A program made the translations under genes and the position numbers. Positions 6,520 to 13,205 of a DNA stretch of 13,205 nucleotides are shown piece by piece. Source of the DNA: Bdellovibrionia bacterium. Lineage in GTDB: Bacteria > Bdellovibrionota > UBA1018. The first letter of the stretch is position 1. Each line of letters opens with the position of its first letter. The stretch spans positions 1 to 13,205 of the forward strand of contig JBJMMA010000164.1 in NCBI GenBank assembly GCA_045805065.1. The letters run 5' to 3'. The notes under the pieces were generated by a model, which saw only the letters and a list, made by a program, of their open reading frames with translations, was not told the origin of the DNA and searched no databases.

Positions 6520-7347
6520 TTAATCGATGACCAAGAAATCTTTAGCTCTGACCCATCCGATTCCATCCGGAGAAAAGCGCACCTGCAGCCATTCTTCTGT
6601 TGTCGTAGGAGAGGCGTTCGACGCAGGTCCGCCAGGCACGCTCATCTCGCTCGATGCACTGCCCAGAATTCGAACCTTTCCTCCAGCATCCACTTGTCCA
6701 AGCTCAACATACGTATCGCCAGGACCACTCCGAACGGGTTGACGGCTCATGGCGATGGCAGGGCTGCGGGAGCTTGCTAGTGTTTCAGTCCAGTAAAGCC
6801 CACCCACAAGAGCCATTGCCACGGCGCCGATTAAAGCAGCGGGTCTGAGAAGGGTTTCTTTCAAGTCGCGGCTTTTCCAATAATTTCTGATCCAAAAGAC
6901 GGCCAAGATCAACATGATGGCGCCCAAAACGCCGCGGATCTCTTCCAACGAGACTTGGTCCGCAAGAGTTTCCGTCCAGTTGGAGGCAGGATCCAGCTTT
7001 CCAGATCCCAAAGTCTTTTCGAGCTCAGATCGGGTCAGCTCGAGATTGTGATAAATATCCGGATCATGGCGTTTCAAGCGGTTGGCTTTTTCGAAATACC
7101 CCAAGGCCGCTCCCGTGCGGCCTTGACGATAGGCAATCGTTCCCAGGTTGTAGAAATAAAGTGGATCGTTACCGCTGGGTTGTGAGCTTAACGATTGAAA
7201 AGCGTCGTCATATTTTCCAGACTGATACAGTTGACGAGCTTCCTGCCAACGAGACCAGCTGCCTTCTTCTGCATGTGCCATCTGTACCGATGTGAGAGCA
7301 AAAGGATCGGCTATTAGGCTGGCAAAAAGAAGCGCAAAAATCATCAT
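6520..7347 (-). CDS. BatE-like protein: signal peptide, TPR, two TM helices, C-terminal bacterial SH3 domain
   Basis: TPR motif LYFYNLGTIAYRQGRTGAALGYFEKANRLKRHDPDIYHNL. Two hydrophobic helices. SH3b motif VRSGPGDTYVELGQVDAGGKVRIL...WLQVRFSPDGIGWV. This is the architecture of BatE. Confidence 0.8.
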   Translation of the reverse strand: MMIFALLFASLIADPFALTSVQMAHAEEGSWSRWQEARQLYQSGKYDDAFQSLSSQPSGNDPLYFYNLGTIAYRQGRTGAALGYFEKANRLKRHDPDIYHNLELTRSELEKTLGSGKLDPASNWTETLADQVSLEEIRGVLGAIMLILAVFWIRNYWKSRDLKETLLRPAALIGAVAMALVGGLYWTETLASSRSPAIAMSRQPVRSGPGDTYVELGQVDAGGKVRILGSASSEMSVPGGPASNASPTTTEEWLQVRFSPDGIGWVRAKDFLVID

Positions 7348-7356
7348 ATAGCCATC

Positions 7357-7385
7357 AAGTTAGCGAGGGGTCCGTTTCCTTGCAA
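7357..7385 (-). promoter_or_regulatory. Putative sigma70 promoter for the BatE-like/bamD cluster
   Basis: Minus strand reads TTGCAA (7385-7380), 17 nt, TAACTT (7362-7357). The ATG at 7347 follows 9 nt later with no SD, suggesting a near-leaderless mRNA. Confidence 0.5.
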
Positions 7386-7408
7386 CAAAAATAAGCTCAT
7401 GATATCTT
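7380..7408 (+). promoter_or_regulatory. Putative sigma70 promoter (extended -10) for the succinyltransferase operon
   Basis: TTGCAA (7380-7385), 17 nt, TATCTT (7403-7408), preceded by TGn (7400-7402). Confidence 0.65.
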
Positions 7409-7431
7409 TCGAAAAATTTGGGGAAATTCCT

Positions 7432-8835
7432 ATGACACAAGCCCAGTCTTTAATCGAATCCTCGAGCTATCGTTCAGCAAAAAACGAACTCCTGAAAACC
7501 ATCACCGAAGCCTCCCAAAAAATTCGCGGCGTTCGTCCTCCGAGCGGATCGCCCGAAGTGAAAGAAGCTTACGCAAAGCTGCTTCAGGATTTTGCGCACG
7601 ACAAAGGACGCGAGCCTTACTTCCCTTATCTTTCTTCGGGAATCGGCGCAGGCCCTTACGTGGAGCTGATGGATGGAAGCGTGAAGATGGATTTGATCAC
7701 TGGTATTGGCGTCAACTTCTTTGGTCACTCGCATCCGGAGCTGATGGCCGAGATGATCGATGCGGTTCCTTCTGATCTGTTTCAAGGAAACCTGCAGCCA
7801 GGAATCGAAGCCCAGAAGCTCTTGAGTACACTCCTGGCCGAAGTGAGCGGCAAATCAAGACTCAAGCACGGCTGGATCACGACTTGCGGTACGATGGCCA
7901 ATGAAAACGCGCTGAAGATGCTTCGCCAAAAGAAAGCTCCAGCCACGAAAATTTTGGCGTTCAAAGATTGCTTCTGCGGTCGCTCCACAGCGATGGCAGA
8001 ACTGACCGACAACGCAGGCTATCGCCAGGGTCAGCCTGTCTATGGCGAAGTCGAATACCTTTCATTCTACAGCCCAACCCTTGGGCTTGAGGCTAGCGTA
8101 AAGAAAACCTTGGGCGAGATGCAGGAGCATTTTGCTCGCTATCCAGGAAAATTCTGCGCTTTGATGATGGAACCGATTCAGGGTGAAGGCGGCTTTAATG
8201 CGGCCCCACGCGAGTTTTATGTTCGCGTGTTTGAAGAAGCAAAAAAAGCAGGCCTCATGATCTGGCTCGATGAGATTCAAACTTTTGGTCGCACGGGCGA
8301 GCTCTTTGCCTTCCAAAAGCTTGGACTCGATGAGTATGTCGATATCGTTACCGTGGCCAAGATGCTTCAGGCATCTGTCTTCCTTTGGACGGAAGAGCTG
8401 ACTCCTAAGCCAGGTCTTGTCGCGGGAACTTTTGCTGGACCTACCGCAGGACTTCGCGCAGCAACCAAGTCTCTCGAAATTCTCAAGCGCGATGGCTATC
8501 TGGGCCCTCAAGGCAAAATCGAAAAACTCTCCGCGCATTTTGTGAAGAACCTGAGCCGCATGCGTGAGACCACCTGCCAAGGCATGGTAGGCGAGATCCG
8601 CGCTGTCGGCGGAATGATTGCTTTCCTTCCATTCGAAGGAAAAATGGATGACTGCAAAGTCGTCTTGAAGAAACTCTTTGATCTGGGCGTTGTGGCTTTT
8701 TACTGCGGCCATGGCCCCTATTTGATTCGTATGCTCCCACCTCTGGGTGCCATGACCGAAGCGGACATTGATGTCGCATGCGGCCTGATTGAAAAAGCTT
8801 TGCATGAAGTGAAAGCGAGTAAGGCGGAAAAATGA
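7432..8835 (+). CDS. Class III PLP-dependent aminotransferase, probable succinyl/acetyl-ornithine transaminase (AstC/ArgD-like)
   Basis: DLITGIGVNFFGHSHP, GTMANENALK, FCGRS, MMEPIQGEGG, WLDEIQTFGRTG and the PLP lysine in VTVAK. In an operon with astA and astD. Start ATG 7432 is preferred (SD GGGGAA at 7420-7425; ATG 7399 lies inside the predicted promoter). Confidence 0.88.
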   Translation: MTQAQSLIESSSYRSAKNELLKTITEASQKIRGVRPPSGSPEVKEAYAKLLQDFAHDKGREPYFPYLSSGIGAGPYVELMDGSVKMDLITGIGVNFFGHSHPELMAEMIDAVPSDLFQGNLQPGIEAQKLLSTLLAEVSGKSRLKHGWITTCGTMANENALKMLRQKKAPATKILAFKDCFCGRSTAMAELTDNAGYRQGQPVYGEVEYLSFYSPTLGLEASVKKTLGEMQEHFARYPGKFCALMMEPIQGEGGFNAAPREFYVRVFEEAKKAGLMIWLDEIQTFGRTGELFAFQKLGLDEYVDIVTVAKMLQASVFLWTEELTPKPGLVAGTFAGPTAGLRAATKSLEILKRDGYLGPQGKIEKLSAHFVKNLSRMRETTCQGMVGEIRAVGGMIAFLPFEGKMDDCKVVLKKLFDLGVVAFYCGHGPYLIRMLPPLGAMTEADIDVACGLIEKALHEVKASKAEK

Positions 8836-10313
8836 AAAGACTCCTGGAAGAAGCAAAACGGATGATCCGAATCAATTCGGAAACATCCCGCGGGAATGAA
8901 GAGCTCGCGAACTACACCTTAGCGCTGCTGCAAGACCGAGGTCTCAAAGCCTCGCTTCAGCAAGTCACGCACTCGCTGGATGATATTTCAAAGCGCCAGT
9001 TCAACGTCATTGGGATTTTGGGTGATCCGCTGGTCGATCGCAAAATCCGCAAGGGACTTTTGCTGAACACGCATCTTGATACCGTTAGCCCAGGTCTTTC
9101 TGAGAACTGGACAGAAACGGGGGGCGATCCGTTTGCCGCCACGATCAAGGAAAACAAGATTTACGGCCTTGGAACGGCTGACGTAAAAATCGACTTTTTG
9201 TGCAAGCTTCACGCGGTCACCAAATTCCGTGAAAAGAAGCTCAAGATGCCGATCTATCTGGTTGGCACCTGTGGCGAGGAGCTTGGAATGTTTGGCGCAC
9301 GCTATCTGATCAAATCAGGCGCGCTGAATCCCCGCTTTGTCGTCGTCGGTGAGCCATCAGGACTCAAGCTTGTGCATGCGCATAAGTGCTTGAACATTTT
9401 CCGCGTGGCCGTCGGATTCCAACAAGTTGAGCGCGATGCTCGCGGCTTTAATCGCCGCATTGATCTTCATTCCTTTGGAAAGTCTGCGCACAGCTCTTAT
9501 CCGCACCTGGGCGTGAACGCCATTGTGGGCGCGATGGATTTCCTTCGTGCTGCAACGGATGCGGGCTTTGAGTTCCGCTTCACGCAGTTTGATGGCGGCG
9601 ACACGATCAATAAGGTTCCTGATCGCGCTCTCGCGCAGTTCTATGTCACGTCCCACCAGTTTGAGGACTTCAAGCGCTTCTTCCGTGACTTTGTCTCGGC
9701 AAAGGGCAAGGACAAGAACTTCCGCGTGGATCTTGGCGGGATTGGCGATACGGGCGTGCGCTTCCTGCCTGAAGCGCTTTATCCATGCCTTAACGAGATT
9801 GTGGATTTCTTCCGCGGCATCTCGCGCGACTTTGAGAAGGTCAAGGATGAGTCTTACAATCCAGCCTTCTCAACGATCAACTTTGGAAAGCTCAAGCAAT
9901 CGCAAGGAGCTCTCACGCTTGGATTTGATCTGCGCCTCCTTCCGGATCTTGTTCCAGAGGCGATCGAAAAGCATATTCAAGAAGGCGTTCAAGCCATTGC
10001 TTCGAAATATCCTCATCTCAACATCACCGCGGTTCGCGAGCGCATGAACCCGGGCCTCAACATGACGAACGAGCATGAGCTTGTGAAAGTCTGCAAAGAC
10101 GCGATGAGCGGCGCTGGCGTTGAGCCGATTCTCGACAAGAAAGCGACGTCGACTGAAGCCGCGCAGTATTTCAGCGCAGGCTACGAGGCAGTTGTCTTTG
10201 GGCCCGGTATGTCTCAAGGCAATAGTCACAGCCCGAACGAGCACAACCTCCTGGATCATATCGAAAAGGCGACGCTCTTTTACGAGAAGCTCATAGAAAA
10301 GGTGTGTTTATGA
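8832..10313 (+). CDS. M20 family metallo-amidohydrolase (ArgE/DapE-like); candidate desuccinylase
   Basis: Metal-ligand motifs LLLNTHLDTV, IYGLGTADVK, CGEELG, VVGEPS, GKSAHSSYP and GNSHSPNEH. ATGA overlap with the upstream gene. Confidence 0.9.
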   Translation: MKRLLEEAKRMIRINSETSRGNEELANYTLALLQDRGLKASLQQVTHSLDDISKRQFNVIGILGDPLVDRKIRKGLLLNTHLDTVSPGLSENWTETGGDPFAATIKENKIYGLGTADVKIDFLCKLHAVTKFREKKLKMPIYLVGTCGEELGMFGARYLIKSGALNPRFVVVGEPSGLKLVHAHKCLNIFRVAVGFQQVERDARGFNRRIDLHSFGKSAHSSYPHLGVNAIVGAMDFLRAATDAGFEFRFTQFDGGDTINKVPDRALAQFYVTSHQFEDFKRFFRDFVSAKGKDKNFRVDLGGIGDTGVRFLPEALYPCLNEIVDFFRGISRDFEKVKDESYNPAFSTINFGKLKQSQGALTLGFDLRLLPDLVPEAIEKHIQEGVQAIASKYPHLNITAVRERMNPGLNMTNEHELVKVCKDAMSGAGVEPILDKKATSTEAAQYFSAGYEAVVFGPGMSQGNSHSPNEHNLLDHIEKATLFYEKLIEKVCL

Positions 10314-11353
10314 TTTTGTTGCGCGAAATCCAGGAGAGGGATCTTGATGCTCTTGAGCGCTTTTCCCAGATTCCTGGCTTTATCAACCTGACGAACGACA
10401 AGGATGCTCTTCGCGAGAAGATCCTCCGCTCCGTGGCGTCTTTTCGGGATAACGTCGAAGAGTTCAGCGAACGAAAGTACATCTTCGTCGCCGAAGATCT
10501 CGAAAATCACCGCGTCGTCGGAACGTCGATGGTTGCTGCGCAACACGGCTCTGAAGAGTCGCCTCACTTCTATTTCCAGATCGGAAGCGAAGAGCGTTAC
10601 TCGGACACCATCAACACGGGCTTTATTCACGGAACGCTTGAGCTCAAATTCGATACCGATGGTCCTTCTGAGATCGGTGGCCTCGTTTTAGATCCAGAGA
10701 TGAGAAACTCGGACGCCCGCGTGGGCCGCCAGATCTCATTCATTCGCTTTCTCTTTATGGGGCTCAATCGCGAGCGCTTTAAAGACAAGGTGATTGCTGA
10801 ACTTCTTCCACCGCTCAATAAGCGCGGACAATCTCCTCTTTGGGAAGCCATCGGCCGTCGCTTCACCAATATGGATTACTGGGAAGCCGACGCTCTTTGC
10901 CAAAAAAACAAAGAGTTCATCTTCTCGCTCTTTCCATCGGGGAAGATCTACACGACTTTCTTTCCTGCTGAAGCCCGCAACGCGCTTGGAAAAGTCGGTA
11001 AAGACACTGAGCCGGTTGTGCACATGCTCAAGAAGATCGGCTTTAAATATAAAAACCAAGTTGATCCGTTCGATGGCGGCCCGCACCTTTGGGCTGATAT
11101 CGCTGAGCTTGCTCCCGTAAAAAGGATCGCTCGTTATCAGTTTGCTCCATCGGCTGAAGCTTCTTCCACCGCAACGCGCGAATCAGGTATTCTATGCCCA
11201 GCTCACCAGGAACCTGGTCAGTTCAGGGCGATCGCTATTCAGGCGGTTATCGAAGGCGATAAACTCTTTGTGCCCGAAGTCAAAGACGCAAGAATGCAAT
11301 CCGTTCTCGGCATTGGTACCGGAGACCGCGTTGTGTTCATGCCATACTACTAG
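10310..11353 (+). CDS. astA: Arginine (/ornithine) N-succinyltransferase
   Basis: YIFVAEDLENHRVVGTS, GPSEIGGLVLDP, RFLFM...RERFKDKVIAEL, SPLWEAIGRRFTNMDYWEAD, GFKYKNQVDPFDGGP. ATG 10310 overlaps the M20 stop (ATGA). Confidence 0.93.
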   Translation: MILLREIQERDLDALERFSQIPGFINLTNDKDALREKILRSVASFRDNVEEFSERKYIFVAEDLENHRVVGTSMVAAQHGSEESPHFYFQIGSEERYSDTINTGFIHGTLELKFDTDGPSEIGGLVLDPEMRNSDARVGRQISFIRFLFMGLNRERFKDKVIAELLPPLNKRGQSPLWEAIGRRFTNMDYWEADALCQKNKEFIFSLFPSGKIYTTFFPAEARNALGKVGKDTEPVVHMLKKIGFKYKNQVDPFDGGPHLWADIAELAPVKRIARYQFAPSAEASSTATRESGILCPAHQEPGQFRAIAIQAVIEGDKLFVPEVKDARMQSVLGIGTGDRVVFMPYY

Positions 11354-11375
11354 GCTGTATTACTAGGAGGCTGAA

Positions 11376-12917
11376 ATGTCCCATACGTTGAAGAAATTTG
11401 CAGTACGCGGCAACTACATCAACGGGAAGTTCACACCACCGGCTGCATCGAGTGATGTCAGCGGTGAGTGGGCCAGCAAAAGCCCGGCGAATTTCTCGGA
11501 TGAGATTGGGCGCTTTCAATACAGCTATCAAGCTGTTGATGCGGTTGTCGAAGCCGCACGAGCTGCCTTCAATCCCTGGAGAAAGCGACCTCTTTCTGAG
11601 CGCGCAGAGCTTTTGAAGAAGTTTCAGGCTGCCGTCAAGAAACGCGAAGAAGATTTCATTCACGTCATTGCCCGCGAAGTCGGAAAGCCTGCGTGGGAAG
11701 CAAAGACGGAAGTCGCAGCGGTTCTCGGCAAAGTCGATATCACGATCAACGACAGCATGCGCCTGGTGTCGGGATTTGAGATCCAAAAGATCATGGAAAA
11801 CACCAATGGCGTTTGCCGCTATCGCCCGCACGGCGTGATGGCAGTCATTGGTCCGTTCAACTTTCCTGCGCATTTGCCAAATGGCCACATCGTGCCAGCG
11901 CTTCTCACCGGCAACACGGTGATCTTCAAGCCCTCTGAAAAGGCACCGATGGTTGGCCAGCTCATGGCCGAATGTTTTGAAGAAGCAGGATTCCCTGCTG
12001 GCGTCTTCAACATGATCCAGGGCAATGGCGAGCTTGGACGCAGACTCTGCGTGCATGAGGACGTCTCGGGCGTGCTTTTCACGGGCTCTTATGAGGTCGG
12101 AACGCGCATCAAGCAAGACACTCTTCAGCAGCACTGGAAGATTCTGGCGCTTGAGATGGGTGGAAAAAACCCAACGATCGTTTGGGGAGATGCGAACCTG
12201 GATGTTGCGATTCAGGAAACACTCTTCTCCGCTTATGTCAGCGCGGGTCAGCGTTGCAGCGCTACCAGCCGCGTGATTGTTGAGAACAAGATTCTTGAGC
12301 AATTCATTGATCGCTTTCACACTCGCGCCAAAGCGTTCTCAATCGGACATCCACTCGATAACCCATTTATGGGACCCCTTGTCGAGTCTGCAGCCGTGGA
12401 TCGCTACATGAAGTTTTTGGGAATTGCCCAGCGCGAAGGTGCTGAGATCATCATGCGCGGCAAAGCCCTTGAACTTGAGCACCCGGGCAATTATGTCACG
12501 CCATCTATATGCTGGGTGAAGGACTCATCCATCGCTCAAACCCGTAAGAGCGTTTATCAACAGACTGAGCTATTTGCTCCAAACGTTGCGATCCTGGGCG
12601 TAGATACGCTTGAGCAAGCGATCGCACAAGCAAACGAAACTCAGTATGGCCTTGCTGCAACGATCTTTACTTCGGATCGCGCAAACTATGAGAAGGCTGT
12701 TGATGATCTCGAAATGGGTCTTGTGAACTGGAACAAGTCCACGGTCGGGGCTTCATCGAAGCTTCCGTTTGGTGGTTTCAAGAAGAGCGGAAACCACTTC
12801 CCAACGGCACTGACGTCGACGCTCTATTGCGCGGCTCCGATTGCTTCACTTGAAGTGGCTGAACCAAAACTTGCTGGCGCGAATGCTTATCCGGGTCTCA
12901 ACTGGGAGAGCAGCTAA
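11376..12917 (+). CDS. astD: N-succinylglutamate 5-semialdehyde dehydrogenase (aldehyde dehydrogenase family)
   Basis: RPHGVMAVIGPFNFPAHLPNGHIVPALLTGNTVIFKPSE (AstD-type), FTGS, LALEMGGKNP, catalytic SAGQRCSA, ELFAP and PFGGFKKSGNH. SD AGGAGG at 11365-11370. Next to astA. Confidence 0.9.
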   Translation: MSHTLKKFAVRGNYINGKFTPPAASSDVSGEWASKSPANFSDEIGRFQYSYQAVDAVVEAARAAFNPWRKRPLSERAELLKKFQAAVKKREEDFIHVIAREVGKPAWEAKTEVAAVLGKVDITINDSMRLVSGFEIQKIMENTNGVCRYRPHGVMAVIGPFNFPAHLPNGHIVPALLTGNTVIFKPSEKAPMVGQLMAECFEEAGFPAGVFNMIQGNGELGRRLCVHEDVSGVLFTGSYEVGTRIKQDTLQQHWKILALEMGGKNPTIVWGDANLDVAIQETLFSAYVSAGQRCSATSRVIVENKILEQFIDRFHTRAKAFSIGHPLDNPFMGPLVESAAVDRYMKFLGIAQREGAEIIMRGKALELEHPGNYVTPSICWVKDSSIAQTRKSVYQQTELFAPNVAILGVDTLEQAIAQANETQYGLAATIFTSDRANYEKAVDDLEMGLVNWNKSTVGASSKLPFGGFKKSGNHFPTALTSTLYCAAPIASLEVAEPKLAGANAYPGLNWESS

Positions 12918-12950
12918 GCTGAGAGGCTTTGAGCAGGGCTTATAAAAATC

Positions 12951-12988
12951 AAAAGGCGGAGTGGATTTCTCCATTCCGCCTTTTTCTT
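12951..12988. terminator. Bidirectional rho-independent terminator between astD and the csp gene
   Basis: AAAAGGCGGAGTGGA-TTTC-TCCATTCCGCCTTTT (one G-U pair on +). T-tract on both strands. Sits between convergent genes. Confidence 0.92.
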
Positions 12989-13025
12989 AATTCTTTCGCG
13001 CGGCTTTCGCCTCGCTTAAAAATTT

Positions 13026-13205
13026 TTAGTTAGCTGCTGCTGCTGCTGCTTTAGCAACGTTTGCAGCTTGGGGGCCCTTAGGGCCTTCGATCAATTCGAA
13101 TTCGACCTTTTGGCCTTCAGCGAGAGTCTTGAATCCATCGCCTGCAATAGCAGTGTAGTGAACGAACACATCGCGGTCCGTGCCTTCTGCTTGAATGAAT
13201 CCGTA
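13026..13205 (-). CDS. Cold-shock protein (CspA family), 3' part; 5' end outside the window
   Basis: Manual translation from 13205 gives [59 protein letters not shown], with RNP1 (YGFI) and RNP2 (VFVHY). Absent from the ORF track. Confidence 0.97.
   Translation of the reverse strand, partial: YGFIQAEGTDRDVFVHYTAIAGDGFKTLAEGQKVEFELIEGPKGPQAANVAKAAAAAAN
13033..13050. repeat. (GCT)6 trinucleotide microsatellite overlapping the poly-Ala tail of the Csp
   Basis: gctgctgctgctgctgct on +; five GCA codons plus one GCT on the minus strand. Confidence 0.9.

Noticed and set aside
6495..6566. Extended bamD N-terminus from the ORF track
   Set aside because: It overlaps the BatE-like gene and would put the lipobox Cys at about residue 64.
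7399..7431. Upstream ATG for the aminotransferase
   Set aside because: It lies within the predicted promoter and lacks an SD, whereas ATG 7432 has one.
8062..8856. 264 aa antisense ORF over the aminotransferase
   Set aside because: Antisense shadow of a well-supported gene, with no domain features.
11348..11367. TACTAGG direct repeat between astA and astD
   Set aside because: Only 7 bp, overlapping the stop codon and SD, with no further support for a function.
11337..12320. 327 aa antisense ORF over astD
   Set aside because: It mirrors a clearly conserved aldehyde dehydrogenase gene and shows no recognisable motifs. Long antisense shadow ORFs are common for such genes.

Overview
Chromosomal housekeeping region of a flagellated Gram-negative bacterium. 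A Bdellovibrionota/Oligoflexia-like or related 'deltaproteobacterial' origin is inferred from gene order and protein style, not from a search. Left to right: the end of a flagellar operon (flgK partial, flgL, csrA, fliW); an unknown secreted Gly/Met-rich protein; a minus-strand envelope cluster (BatE-like TPR-SH3 membrane protein, bamD, soluble TPR protein, predicted beta-barrel with a His-rich loop); a divergent, tightly coupled four-gene arginine/ornithine succinyltransferase-type operon (class III aminotransferase, M20 amidohydrolase, astA, astD) that lacks astB and the M14-type astE; a bidirectional terminator; and the 3' part of a cold-shock protein gene missed by the ORF track. No mobile element, CRISPR array or rRNA/tRNA gene was seen. 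The best leads are the non-canonical AST operon, a divergent promoter pair sharing one palindromic -35 hexamer, GGA-loop and sigma28-like signals around csrA-fliW, and the BatE-BamD-TPR-barrel cluster.
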